DNA of 52,214 bases from a virus (IMGVR_UViG_3300031972_002079:1-52214), one strand, 5' to 3'; positions 8,374-17,949 are shown, numbered from the stretch's first letter. Notes: generated by a model from the letters alone, not told the origin. Program-made: numbers and translations.

Positions 8374-8399
8374 AGCGGGGTTGCGGCCCCGCTTTTTTT
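8374..8399 (+). terminator. Rho-independent terminator overlapping a promoter
   Basis: AGCGGGG-TTGCGG-CCCCGCT then T7; TTGCGG-17 bp-TATGAT(8404) with extended TG. Confidence 0.8.
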
Positions 8400-8431
8400 A
8401 TGGTATGATACGTGGGAACGTCAGACATGCC

Positions 8432-8653
8432 ATGGACCAAGTTCAGATTTGGAAAGAGAGGTATGATGCTCTCACCCGATGGGTCGAGGAGAATATGCCA
8501 GAGAAAGATCCTAAACTCTGCAAATGTACACCTGGAGCACTAGAATCAGTGCATCTTGGAAGGATTAAATACTTAGAAGCACAGATTGAAAAATACGAAC
8601 AAGAAATTTCAATTCTCAAAATGTACCTAGAGGCCCGTGGCTATGACAACTGA
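8432..8653 (+). CDS. Hypothetical coiled-coil protein
   Basis: ORF downstream of promoter. Confidence 0.6.
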   Translation: MDQVQIWKERYDALTRWVEENMPEKDPKLCKCTPGALESVHLGRIKYLEAQIEKYEQEISILKMYLEARGYDN

Positions 8654-8825
8654 TCAACTTCGTGACATCCTGATATCAGATGTTGAAGAGTTTTATTGCT
8701 CAAGATCAACTTATCTTATGGATTATGATCTAAGATATCTTGACTGCCTCTTTGAGGAATTTGTTGTAGATGGTGAAGAACCTGATGAATGGTTGTTTAT
8801 GAACGATATGACAAATGTCTCATAA
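8637..8825 (+). CDS. Hypothetical acidic protein
   Basis: 62-aa overlapping ORF. Confidence 0.55.
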   Translation: MAMTTDQLRDILISDVEEFYCSRSTYLMDYDLRYLDCLFEEFVVDGEEPDEWLFMNDMTNVS

Positions 8826-9006
8826 ATTTAAAGTAGGAATGTGGGCTTGTTACCGCAAAAATACTGGTGTCATTGATTTTATAGATACTGCGTACATTAG
8901 AATCAAACTACCAGCAGCGCCAAATAGAGGTAACCCACTTCTTTTGGTTTATCCTTGCTATTGGAAGGAAGTTGAAATTTTAGATGATATTAAAAAAGGA
9001 ATTTGA
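8815..9006 (+). CDS. Hypothetical protein
   Basis: 63-aa ORF, FKVG start. Confidence 0.55.
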   Translation: MSHKFKVGMWACYRKNTGVIDFIDTAYIRIKLPAAPNRGNPLLLVYPCYWKEVEILDDIKKGI

Positions 9007-9007
9007 T

Positions 9008-9244
9008 ATGACCTTTATCGTTTATTCAAAAGAAAACTGTCCACATTGCTCAAAACTCAAGCAAGTTATGGACTTGACAGAACAAAAGCATGTGATCTAT
9101 ACTCTTGGTACAGATTTCACTCCAGAGGAATTTTATGAAAAATTTGGTGAGGGTAAAACCTTTCCGCAAGTAGTTATTGATGGACAAACTATTGGAGGCT
9201 GCAGTGAAACACTCAAATACTTCCGAGAGCAGAGGATCCTCTGA
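9008..9244 (+). CDS. nrdC: Glutaredoxin
   Basis: VYSKENCPHC, TFPQV, IGG. Confidence 0.93.
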   Translation: MTFIVYSKENCPHCSKLKQVMDLTEQKHVIYTLGTDFTPEEFYEKFGEGKTFPQVVIDGQTIGGCSETLKYFREQRIL

Positions 9245-9395
9245 TCTACCACTAAATAGAGGCGTAGAACTAATCCTCAACGGAGTCAAAAACCCAAAGC
9301 AATTACTTGATCTGAACCTTAACCAAAGATTTAGATTGTTCAAAAGACAAATTTCAATTAGTTTTGCATTTTCTTTTGACATAAAAAAACCATAA
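9180..9395 (+). CDS. Hypothetical protein
   Basis: NRGVELILNG motif ORF after glutaredoxin; start uncertain. Confidence 0.55.
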   Translation: MDKLLEAAVKHSNTSESRGSSDLPLNRGVELILNGVKNPKQLLDLNLNQRFRLFKRQISISFAFSFDIKKP

Positions 9396-9412
9396 AGTCT
9401 AAGAGAGGAATT

Positions 9413-9634
9413 ATGTTAGCAGTCTCACTTGTTTTAGGAACATTCATCTTAATAGGTGCCTTTCTTACAGGATTTATTTTTGGATGGATTATAAGAGAAA
9501 ATGTTATATCATTTAATATTCCTCAGGGTCTACATCCAGAAATGTATGACGAACAAGGTGGCATTCTTCCAGATCAATTAATTGCATTTCGATTTGAAAA
9601 TGGATTTGAAGACGAAGAAGAAGAAATCGACTAA
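9413..9634 (+). CDS. Membrane protein with HPEMYD motif
   Basis: GAGG SD; TM helix, HPEMYDEQG, acidic tail. Confidence 0.75.
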   Translation: MLAVSLVLGTFILIGAFLTGFIFGWIIRENVISFNIPQGLHPEMYDEQGGILPDQLIAFRFENGFEDEEEEID

Positions 9635-9649
9635 AAATGGAGTTTAATT

Positions 9650-10102
9650 ATGGCTAAAAAATTACCACCAAACCCGCTACAATCTGAAATTTTACAAGCT
9701 GTATCAAGCGCAAAAACTAAAGCAGCAAAAGTGGAACTTCTTAAGGAGTATCGCAACCCTGCCTTAGTTTCTTTGCTTATCTGGAATTTTGATGAATCCA
9801 TCAAGAGTTCTGTTCCAGAAGGTAAAGTACCCTATACCGAAAATGATAAACCTATTGGTGATGGTATTTCTCGTCTTGCCAGTAATCAAAGAATGTTTTA
9901 TAATTTTGTAGAGGGAGGAAATGTAGATCTCACTCGCACTAGACGTGAGGCACTTTTCATTGAATTGCTTGAATCTCTTCACAAAGAAGAAGCAGAGTTA
10001 CTGTGTTTAGTAAAGGATAAAAACATTGGAAGCAAATACAGAGTTACAAGAAACGTTATTGCCGAAGCCTATGAGGACATCCAGTGGGGAAATAGAACCT
10101 AA
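9650..10102 (+). CDS. Conserved T4-like cyanophage protein
   Basis: GGAG SD; RREALFIELLESLH..EAELL motif. Confidence 0.8.
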   Translation: MAKKLPPNPLQSEILQAVSSAKTKAAKVELLKEYRNPALVSLLIWNFDESIKSSVPEGKVPYTENDKPIGDGISRLASNQRMFYNFVEGGNVDLTRTRREALFIELLESLHKEEAELLCLVKDKNIGSKYRVTRNVIAEAYEDIQWGNRT

Positions 10103-10103
10103 T

Positions 10104-10409
10104 ATGTCTTGGACTGATGAAGAAAAGTCTCTAACTAAAAAGAGATATGGATGTACAATTCTACAAACTAATTGTGATCCATCTGCTGCAAACGACAAGA
10201 CCCTTCCTACAGATTCGTTTTTAGTAGAGTTTCGAGTTGATGGTCAATCATACTATGATATCACCAGGACTCAAAAAGAGACTAAACTTTTTGATATGTA
10301 CTATGATAAGTTCGGAAAAGAATTTGTAAAATTTTCTTGGACAAAGGGAACTATCAAGCCAAAACTTTGGGGTTACAAACCTGTCGAGGAAAAGAAGAAA
10401 AAACGCTGA
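10104..10409 (+). CDS. Conserved hypothetical protein
   Basis: LFDMYYDKFG...GTIKPKLWG. Confidence 0.7.
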   Translation: MSWTDEEKSLTKKRYGCTILQTNCDPSAANDKTLPTDSFLVEFRVDGQSYYDITRTQKETKLFDMYYDKFGKEFVKFSWTKGTIKPKLWGYKPVEEKKKKR

Positions 10410-10421
10410 AGATGTGCTAAG

Positions 10422-10601
10422 ATGTATGAGGAACTGAATGACTTTGAGGAAGCCCTCAAACACTTTGGAACAAGAGTTGAGATCATCACTGCTATGGAAA
10501 TGGCAAAGAAACTATCACCTGAAGATGCCTATCAGATGATTAAGGATGAGCTCAAAGAAGTAAAAAAATGTCGTAAACGTTTCAAGAATGAATCATGTTA
10601 A
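10422..10601 (+). CDS. Small hypothetical protein (59 aa, not in ORF track)
   Basis: MYEELNDFEEALKHFGTRVEIITAMEMAKKLSPEDAYQMIK... Confidence 0.7.
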   Translation: MYEELNDFEEALKHFGTRVEIITAMEMAKKLSPEDAYQMIKDELKEVKKCRKRFKNESC

Positions 10602-11238
10602 ACTGATCTCTGTTACTCCTGATGCAGAGAAAAATATTGCGTATTGTGCCCGTGTAAGCAACCCCAACAATCAAGAGAACGAAAAGATCGCTGGTCTTCT
10701 CAAATACTGCATCAATCATAAGCACTGGAGTATTTTTGAACAAGCATATATGACCCTTGAGATCAGTACGACCAGGGGACTTGCGGCTCAAATTTTGCGA
10801 CATAGGAGTTTCACATTCCAAGAGTTTTCTCAACGGTATGCTGATAGTTCTATGTTAGCAACTAAGATTCCTCTTCCAGACTTACGTCGTCAGGATAAAA
10901 AGAATCGTCAAAACTCTACTGATGATTTGGATGCGTTCCATAAGCAAGAGTTTGAGATTGCTATTGAGAGACATTTTGCTTCTGCTATGGATCTATATCA
11001 AACTATGCTTGATCATGGCGTGGCAAAGGAATGTGCTCGTTTTGTGCTTCCTTTGGCCGTACCCACAAAAATTTACATGAGTGGCTCAATTCGCTCATGG
11101 ATACATTATATCGATCTGAGATCCGCTAATGGTACTCAGAAAGAACATATGGATATTGCCAAAGAGTGTATGTGTGTTTTTGCAGGAGAATTTCCTGTAA
11201 TATCTGAAGCACTTGGATGGACAAATCATAGTGAATGA
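10588..11238 (+). CDS. thyX: Flavin-dependent thymidylate synthase
   Basis: HWSIFE, QILRHRSFTFQEFSQRY, KECARFVLP. Confidence 0.97.
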   Translation: MNHVKLISVTPDAEKNIAYCARVSNPNNQENEKIAGLLKYCINHKHWSIFEQAYMTLEISTTRGLAAQILRHRSFTFQEFSQRYADSSMLATKIPLPDLRRQDKKNRQNSTDDLDAFHKQEFEIAIERHFASAMDLYQTMLDHGVAKECARFVLPLAVPTKIYMSGSIRSWIHYIDLRSANGTQKEHMDIAKECMCVFAGEFPVISEALGWTNHSE

Positions 11239-11722
11239 GTCCATTTATCTTAAGAATAATTTTTTCAGTGATGATGAGTGTGATTTTCTAATTTCTTACT
11301 ATAAGGACAGAGAATCTTCATCTCATTACTATGAATGTAATCAGACACATACTCTAACGATACTTTCAAGTGATGAGAACAATATTGATGATGCACTGAG
11401 ACCATTTTACGATAAAATTCAGAATATAATCACAAAAATAGAAGGACCAAACCTTTATATTAATGTTTCTGAAATTGTAAAATGGTTATCAGGTTCATCA
11501 GTGATGAAGCCCCATCTTGATAGAAAAGAAGATCTATTTGGAGTCATCATTTATTTGAATGATGACTTTCTTGGTGGAAAAACTTACTTTAAAAATGGCA
11601 TCATGATAAGTCCAAAGAAAGGTAGTATTCTTCTTTTTACTGGAAACAAAATTGAGCATGGTGTGACACCAGCAATAAACGGTGATAGACTTACAATAAC
11701 TTGTTGGATTAGATCCAAATAA
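11231..11722 (+). CDS. 2OG-Fe(II) oxygenase
   Basis: HLD...IIYLNDDFLGG...HGV...R. Confidence 0.88.
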   Translation: MNESIYLKNNFFSDDECDFLISYYKDRESSSHYYECNQTHTLTILSSDENNIDDALRPFYDKIQNIITKIEGPNLYINVSEIVKWLSGSSVMKPHLDRKEDLFGVIIYLNDDFLGGKTYFKNGIMISPKKGSILLFTGNKIEHGVTPAINGDRLTITCWIRSK

Positions 11723-11753
11723 CGTCTAAATAATTGAGTTGGGATTTTAATTT

Positions 11754-12002
11754 ATGGCAACATATCCAGTTGTCCACCTTAAAACAGGTGAGACAAAAGA
11801 AGTGATAATGAGTATACATGAATGGGACCAGTGGAGAACAGATAATCCTGATTGGTCAAGAGATTATTCAGATCCTACCACCTGCCCTGGTGTTGGGGAA
11901 GTTGGTGAGTGGCGCAACAAATTAGTTGCTAAAAAGCCAGGTTGGAATGAAGTGCTTCACAGAGCATCGAAGATGCCTGGTTCAAACGTCAAAAAAATCT
12001 AG
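11754..12002 (+). CDS. Conserved hypothetical protein upstream of phoH
   Basis: MATYPV...GWNEVL; CTAAATA at 11726-11732 upstream. Confidence 0.75.
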   Translation: MATYPVVHLKTGETKEVIMSIHEWDQWRTDNPDWSRDYSDPTTCPGVGEVGEWRNKLVAKKPGWNEVLHRASKMPGSNVKKI

Positions 12003-12015
12003 TAAACCTCAACCT

Positions 12016-12777
12016 ATGCCTGCAAAAAAGAGAAAGAACTCAGCTCATCAACCAGTTGGTGCTGGTCTCACTGCCAAGCAGATGAAGCGCAAAAAACCTA
12101 TCAACTCAGACTTGATGGTTGACATTAATCCGCTCACAGATAATCAGAAGAAATTTTTCGATGCCTACAGTGAAGGAAAACAACTAGTTGCATATGGATG
12201 TGCTGGAACTGGTAAAACGTTCATTGCTCTTTACAATGCACTCGCAGATGTTCTAAACGAAGTTACACCATATGAAAAAGTGTATGTTGTTCGTTCTCTA
12301 GTTGCAACCAGAGAGATTGGTTTCTTGCCAGGAGATCATGAAGATAAGTCTTCTCTTTACCAGATTCCTTATAAGAATATGGTAAAATATATGTTCGAGA
12401 TGCCTACAGACACAGATTTTGAAATGCTGTATGGCAATCTCAAAGCTCAGGAAACTGTAAGTTTCTGGAGTACATCTTTTATTCGTGGTACTACTTTTGA
12501 TAATGCAATTCTCATCATTGACGAATTTCAGAATCTAAACTTTCACGAACTGGACTCTATCATTACTCGCGTTGGTGAAAATAGTAAGATTATCTTCTGT
12601 GGCGATGCCACTCAAACTGATCTTACTAAAACTAATGAGAAAAATGGGATCGTTGACTTTATGAGTATTCTCAGAAAGATGCCATCATTTGATCTTGTAG
12701 AATTTGGTGTTGACGATATTGTAAGATCTGGTATCGTCAAAGAATATTTACTTGCTAAACTTGACTCTAATTTGTAA
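12016..12777 (+). CDS. phoH: PhoH-like ATPase
   Basis: GCAGTGKT, IGFLPG, RGTTFD, IIDEFQN, GDATQ, DIVRSG. Confidence 0.96.
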   Translation: MPAKKRKNSAHQPVGAGLTAKQMKRKKPINSDLMVDINPLTDNQKKFFDAYSEGKQLVAYGCAGTGKTFIALYNALADVLNEVTPYEKVYVVRSLVATREIGFLPGDHEDKSSLYQIPYKNMVKYMFEMPTDTDFEMLYGNLKAQETVSFWSTSFIRGTTFDNAILIIDEFQNLNFHELDSIITRVGENSKIIFCGDATQTDLTKTNEKNGIVDFMSILRKMPSFDLVEFGVDDIVRSGIVKEYLLAKLDSNL

Positions 12778-13433
12778 TGTTTCATCATATTGATATTCCC
12801 TTTATTAATGAACTAGAAAGAGAAGAAATCGAAGGTGTTAGACACTATGTTGTACCTAACACCCAAGATGTAAAATTTGTCTCGATTACTTCAGTGCTAA
12901 GCTGGATTAACCGAGACAAATTTGCTAAGTGGAGAAAAAAAGTTGGTGACAATGTAGCAAACGAGATTCTTAGAAAATCATCCAGTCGTGGCACTGACAT
13001 GCACACTTTGACTGAACATTATCTAAAAAATGAATCTCTTCCAAAAGTAAATCCACTTCCAGAGATGTTGTTTAAGATTGCAAAACCAGCTTTAAACAAT
13101 ATCGACAACATTCATGGTCTTGAAAAGAGACTATATAGTATGAATCTTAAAGTTGCTGGAACAGTAGATTGTATCGCTGAGTATAATGGTGAGTTAGCGA
13201 TTATCGACTTTAAGACAAGCAAGCAACCAAAACCCAGAAATTGGGTAGATGGATACTTCGTACAATGTGCTGCATATGCTTGCATGTTATACGAGCTTAC
13301 TGGTATAATAGTGAAGAAGTTTGTAATTATCATGTCATGCGAAAATGGGGAATGCGAAGTTTATGAAGAATACGACAAATCCAAATACATCCATATGTTG
13401 GGTGAATATCTACGGAGATACAATGAAAAATGA
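12777..13433 (+). CDS. PD-(D/E)XK exonuclease
   Basis: SITSVL, RGTDMH, AGTVDC, IIDFKTS, QCAAY. Confidence 0.9.
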   Translation: MFHHIDIPFINELEREEIEGVRHYVVPNTQDVKFVSITSVLSWINRDKFAKWRKKVGDNVANEILRKSSSRGTDMHTLTEHYLKNESLPKVNPLPEMLFKIAKPALNNIDNIHGLEKRLYSMNLKVAGTVDCIAEYNGELAIIDFKTSKQPKPRNWVDGYFVQCAAYACMLYELTGIIVKKFVIIMSCENGECEVYEEYDKSKYIHMLGEYLRRYNEK

Positions 13434-13677
13434 ATTAAAAAAAGAGTTAGAAAAAAAATTCATTACTTCTGAAAAATTCTGCCAAGAAATTGAACAGATT
13501 GTTCTTAATCAAAAGATTAATTACATCGATGCAATCGTATTCTTTTGTGAGAAGAATAGTATTGAAGTTGATACAATTTCAAAACTAATTACCAAACCAC
13601 TAAAAGAAAAATTAAAGTGGGATGCTATTAGACTTAATTTTATGAAGAAAACATCGAAGGCTAAATTGCCTATTTAA
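13423..13677 (+). CDS. gp33: Late promoter transcription co-activator
   Basis: YIDAIV..C...LKEKL..DA..LNF; position after exonuclease. Confidence 0.9.
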   Translation: MKNELKKELEKKFITSEKFCQEIEQIVLNQKINYIDAIVFFCEKNSIEVDTISKLITKPLKEKLKWDAIRLNFMKKTSKAKLPI

Positions 13678-13678
13678 A

Positions 13679-14263
13679 ATGGATTGTAATTTTCAAGATT
13701 TTATTGGGGTATGGGACGATCTTGTTCCACCCCAACTATGTGATGACATTGTGAATCTTGCTGAGAGAATTACTAAACACAATGCACACAATTCAATCAC
13801 TCATGATGGTGGTAGTCAGTTTTCCGTCGAAGGGAAGACTGGTAGATATGATACTCAGATATATTTGACTGACTATGATTCTGAGTTGTGTGATGAAATC
13901 AATGATTATTTGACTACTTGTATATCTGAATATTGTGAGGAATACTCAATATTAAAGCAGATTAATCTAGCCTCATATTTTATCAAATGTCAGATCACAC
14001 CTCCTGGCGGTGGTTATCATGTCTGGCATTATGAAAGCATGTATTATGAGGAAGTATCCCGTGAATTAGTATGGACGGTATATCTAAATGATATGCCAGA
14101 TGGTGAAGCTGAAACAGAATTTCTGTATCAGAAGAGACGTATCAAAGCAAAACAGGGAAGAGTATGTATTTTTCCTGCTGGTATGACTCATGTTCACCGT
14201 GGAAATACCGTATTTAGTAGTAATAAATATATTTTGACAGGTTGGGTCAATAAGGTCAAATAA
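13679..14263 (+). CDS. 2OG-Fe(II) oxygenase
   Basis: GYHVWHYE, YLND, ETEF, FPA..THVHRG, KYILTGW. Confidence 0.92.
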   Translation: MDCNFQDFIGVWDDLVPPQLCDDIVNLAERITKHNAHNSITHDGGSQFSVEGKTGRYDTQIYLTDYDSELCDEINDYLTTCISEYCEEYSILKQINLASYFIKCQITPPGGGYHVWHYESMYYEEVSRELVWTVYLNDMPDGEAETEFLYQKRRIKAKQGRVCIFPAGMTHVHRGNTVFSSNKYILTGWVNKVK

Positions 14264-14267
14264 TAAA

Positions 14268-14597
14268 ATGAGTGATTTTATGAATTCAGAGATTGTTCAA
14301 GATTCCTTGGACAATATTGAACGCCTCCAATCTGAGGTGTTTAGTGGTGTGTTCAATTACACCGATTTTGATGATGATGACAAAAGAGAACACATTGAAA
14401 AAATGGAAGAGTTAATCGAAGCTCAGAAATTAATGTATACTCGTATGTCATTGAGTGATGATCCAGCAGCAATTGAACGCAGAGAGCAAATTGAAAAATT
14501 CGTCGCAGTCATGGGTTTTGAAGGGACGGATGTCTATGCCGTCTTTAGCGAAATGCATCGATACCTAGAACAAGCGAAGAAAGAACTTGACACCTGA
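14268..14597 (+). CDS. DUF1825-like protein
   Basis: F..SEIVQ...Q..MYTRMSLSDDP. Confidence 0.8.
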   Translation: MSDFMNSEIVQDSLDNIERLQSEVFSGVFNYTDFDDDDKREHIEKMEELIEAQKLMYTRMSLSDDPAAIERREQIEKFVAVMGFEGTDVYAVFSEMHRYLEQAKKELDT

Positions 14598-14615
14598 CTC
14601 AACCCATCCTATAAT
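14587..14615 (+). promoter_or_regulatory. Sigma70-type promoter of gp32
   Basis: TTGACA-17 bp-TATAAT. Confidence 0.85.
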
Positions 14616-14639
14616 CTAAACGTACACAAGCCAAATCCA

Positions 14640-15563
14640 ATGTCCTTTTCCGATCTAAAGAAAAAATCATCCCTTGGTTCATTGACTTCCAAACTCACCA
14701 AAGAGATTGAGAAGATGAACAAAACTGGTTCTTCAGGAGACGATCGTCTCTGGAAACCACAACTAGACAAAACAGGTAACGGTTATGCCGTTATTCGTTT
14801 CCTTCCTGCTCCCGATGGTGAAGATCTACCATGGGCAAAACTATACACTCACGCATTCCAAGGCACTGGTGGTTGGTTCATTGAGAACTCTCTTACCACT
14901 CTCGGTCAAAAGGATCCAGTATCTGAACACAACTCTCAACTTTGGAATAGTGGTCTAGAGTCTGATAAAGATATTGCTCGTAAGCAAAAGCGTAAACTGT
15001 CATATTATAGTAACATCTATGTTGTCAAGGATCCAGTCAATCCTGATAACGAAGGTAAAGTATTCCTATTCAAGTTTGGTAAAAAGATCTTTGATAAGAT
15101 CACTGCTGCAATGCAACCTGAGTTTGAAGATGAAGAGCCAATCAATCCTTTTGACTTCTGGCAAGGTGCAAACTTTAAACTGAAGATCAAGAAGGTTGCT
15201 GGTTATTGGAACTATGACTCTTCTGAGTTCGCACGTCAAGAACCTCTTCTGGACGATGATGATGCTATGGAAGAACTATGGAAGAAAGAGTATTCATTGA
15301 CTGCCATTGTTGCCCCTGATCAGTTCAAGTCCTATGATGAGCTCAGGACTCGTCTAGATTATGTTCTTGGAATCAAAGGTACTCCTCGTTTCCAAGATCA
15401 AGAGACTGTTGAAGAAGAACAACAATTCCGTAGTGAGAATCGTGCAGAACCAGCACCTTCAGTTCCCCAGTCAATGAAAGAAGAACTGACTGATCTTTCT
15501 TCTAATAATGCTGATGAAGAAGATGATACCCTGAGTTACTTCCAACGACTCGCAGACGGATGA
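14640..15563 (+). CDS. gp32: Single-stranded DNA-binding protein
   Basis: DDRLWK, GNGYAVIRFLP, FGKKIFDKI, GANFKLK, NYDSSEF, acidic tail. Confidence 0.97.
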   Translation: MSFSDLKKKSSLGSLTSKLTKEIEKMNKTGSSGDDRLWKPQLDKTGNGYAVIRFLPAPDGEDLPWAKLYTHAFQGTGGWFIENSLTTLGQKDPVSEHNSQLWNSGLESDKDIARKQKRKLSYYSNIYVVKDPVNPDNEGKVFLFKFGKKIFDKITAAMQPEFEDEEPINPFDFWQGANFKLKIKKVAGYWNYDSSEFARQEPLLDDDDAMEELWKKEYSLTAIVAPDQFKSYDELRTRLDYVLGIKGTPRFQDQETVEEEQQFRSENRAEPAPSVPQSMKEELTDLSSNNADEEDDTLSYFQRLADG

Positions 15564-16208
15564 TTACTTCAGTCTAATATTATCTGCCTTAATTAGTTTA
15601 TTATTCACTTTCTGGGAGGATCTGTCGTAAAACAGTTCCTCCCTTAAATCTAGGATGGCTTGAGTGACATAAGATGCTCTCAGCAATTGAATAGATCTTT
15701 TATTATTATTCAAACGAATTTCATTTTCGTAATATGTAATTGCTCTTACAGGATTTATTGTTGCATCAACTTGAGTTGGATCATTGATAGTAAAATCAGA
15801 ATCAACTCTGATTCCTTCTGGATAAATTAATCTACCTTCATCATCTTTCACTTCAGTTGTTTCATAATAAGCAAATTGATTTATATTTTCTTCACCATAT
15901 TTGTCAACAACATAATTATATAACTGTGCATCAGATAAAGGCCACTCATTATGAACGTTAGTAATATTATTTGAAACTAGAACCAACCAATCTAATTCTG
16001 CATTTCCATAAAATTCTTCAGCAACAATATCGGGTCTTTCACCATCACTAATTTCATAATTATCAAACGCTTCTAATACTGAACTTAAATCGTCTCTTAA
16101 TTTTACTCTTCTGAAAAGATTTTTAATCGTTACATATTGTCTATCAGAACTTCTTTCTGATAGTGGGGACGGATAACTTACGTTTGGTAACTCAGTAAAA
16201 TATGCCAT
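15564..16208 (-). CDS. gp53: Baseplate wedge subunit
   Basis: YF..LP, GERPD.VA..FYG...LDWLVL..NNI, WPLS, YE...N..KR.I. Confidence 0.9.
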   Translation of the reverse strand: MAYFTELPNVSYPSPLSERSSDRQYVTIKNLFRRVKLRDDLSSVLEAFDNYEISDGERPDIVAEEFYGNAELDWLVLVSNNITNVHNEWPLSDAQLYNYVVDKYGEENINQFAYYETTEVKDDEGRLIYPEGIRVDSDFTINDPTQVDATINPVRAITYYENEIRLNNNKRSIQLLRASYVTQAILDLREELFYDRSSQKVNNKLIKADNIRLK

Positions 16209-17104
16209 TAGAATCCAGCTCCTATTAGTCCTTGATCTGTATCATAATCTTGATCATAAACAGGTGACAACTCTTGGAATGTCATTGTCAGAGTGTATAC
16301 AACTGGTGATCCATCATCATAAGTTGCATATGTACCAGTTCCAGTATAGTTTACACTGCAATTTGTCATTGCCATTGGTTTGAATCTATTTAAGTATGGG
16401 TGCTCTGCAGATCCTTTCTTAAAATTAAGATGAAATACATCGGGAGAACAAAGAAAAGCAGAACTACTTGGAGATCTTTTTGGAGACATACTTTTTTTCA
16501 AGATCCTAAGAATATACTTAATCTGAGCTGCTTCATTAACATCTCTTGGTGTTAATTGATATGAAAAACTGAAAGATCTTAAACCAGGTCCACTAAACAA
16601 CAACTCTAAGTTTGGATTCAAAACTTGACCCGTTGTTCTTGCTAGAGTTTGTCCAAAGGTAACGTTACTTCCAAACGCTTGGAGAATTTTTGCAGTGAAT
16701 CCTGCTTGTGCTGCTTTAATTACATCATCACCTAATCCAACACGCTTTGCTCCATCTGCGATCTGTGAACTAAAGTCACTAAAAGCATTTTTCCCTCCGT
16801 TCATTAATGTAGGAGCAGCTTGCAATACAAGATCTTCTACAACATTCATTGTGGCACCGTTCCATGTAACACCATTTGATGCTGTTATTGATGTTGGAAC
16901 TGGTAAAATTATATTTGCTTTTGTTTTTCCTACTTGATTACTTAAACCTTGACTGAATAATTTTATTGCTTTACTTTCATTTTGAAACTTGTTATTCGGT
17001 TTATATGTACGAATTGACATTGAAAGATAATCCGAATAGTCCTCAAGAACTGTTGTCGGATATCTAAACGGGGCTAGTTTTGACTTTTTGCTTTGAACTG
17101 GCAT
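16208..17104 (-). CDS. gp48: Baseplate tail-tube cap
   Basis: NPNLELLFSGPGLRSFSF, VNYT, LTMTFQEL. Confidence 0.88.
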   Translation of the reverse strand: MPVQSKKSKLAPFRYPTTVLEDYSDYLSMSIRTYKPNNKFQNESKAIKLFSQGLSNQVGKTKANIILPVPTSITASNGVTWNGATMNVVEDLVLQAAPTLMNGGKNAFSDFSSQIADGAKRVGLGDDVIKAAQAGFTAKILQAFGSNVTFGQTLARTTGQVLNPNLELLFSGPGLRSFSFSYQLTPRDVNEAAQIKYILRILKKSMSPKRSPSSSAFLCSPDVFHLNFKKGSAEHPYLNRFKPMAMTNCSVNYTGTGTYATYDDGSPVVYTLTMTFQELSPVYDQDYDTDQGLIGAGF

Positions 17105-17119
17105 TAGACAGACCCTGTT

Positions 17120-17512
17120 TTAAATATTTAGTCGATAATTTTGATATGGTATTGATCTTAGATCTGATACCTCTGAAGAGTTCACTAAGTGAATAGAACC
17201 TATAACCTCTTCATTAGTATAATTTCTATAACTTCCCCAATGATAATTAATTCCACGGAATCCCCAGTTATACTTTGCAACAACTGCAACTAGAGGGTTT
17301 TGATCATATTTAATAAATGGAGTTTTTGGTTGATAAACAAAGGTGCAGAAGTTTCCAACTTCAACTTCTGTCGAATCAACTGTTTCTGGTAGAGCCTCCA
17401 TAATCTCTACCATCAAATCATCTGGATCTTCAACTCCAGTCAATTTATCAATCAGTGGTTGAATTCTACTGGTAGATACTTTTTTTGTTTGTTTGAGTTT
17501 TTTTCTTGGCAT
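17120..17512 (-). CDS. DNA end-protector (gp2)-like protein
   Basis: FVY.PKT..YDQNPLV, GFRGINYHW; lies between gp4 and gp48. Confidence 0.6.
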   Translation of the reverse strand: MPRKKLKQTKKVSTSRIQPLIDKLTGVEDPDDLMVEIMEALPETVDSTEVEVGNFCTFVYQPKTPFIKYDQNPLVAVVAKYNWGFRGINYHWGSYRNYTNEEVIGSIHLVNSSEVSDLRSIPYQNYRLNI

Positions 17513-17949
17513 TACTTAATACCTAGATCATCTTCAGTAAGAACTTTAAATTGCCACCTACGATCTGCACAGTAATCTGTTGCAGCCTCCCATTTTGCTT
17601 GATTTTTGGCGTATTCAGTTACTTCATAGATGTACTTTTTAGTTTTTTTGCTTTGAACTTTTGGTTCTTGGCATTGTCTCTTGGGTTTAATTTCAATGAT
17701 ATATCTCTGAACATTTCCATTCGTTTCAAGAACCTTAATATAAAAGTCTGGAAAGTAACGATGCACTCTCGAATCTAATGGTGATCTATATGGAATGATT
17801 ATTTCTTCACTACCCCACTCAAGAATGTTTTCGTTAAGGTCACAATAGACCATGAACTTTCTTTCCCAAAGAGACCTATAAATAATGTTAGTTGGATTCC
17901 CTCTATACTTTTTTGTATTTGTGGGAATAAATTTACCTTTATACGCCAT
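17512..17949 (-). CDS. gp4: Head completion nuclease
   Basis: YRSLWE, WGSEE, HRYFPDF, IEIKP, NQAKWEAA. Confidence 0.95.
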   Translation of the reverse strand: MAYKGKFIPTNTKKYRGNPTNIIYRSLWERKFMVYCDLNENILEWGSEEIIIPYRSPLDSRVHRYFPDFYIKVLETNGNVQRYIIEIKPKRQCQEPKVQSKKTKKYIYEVTEYAKNQAKWEAATDYCADRRWQFKVLTEDDLGIK

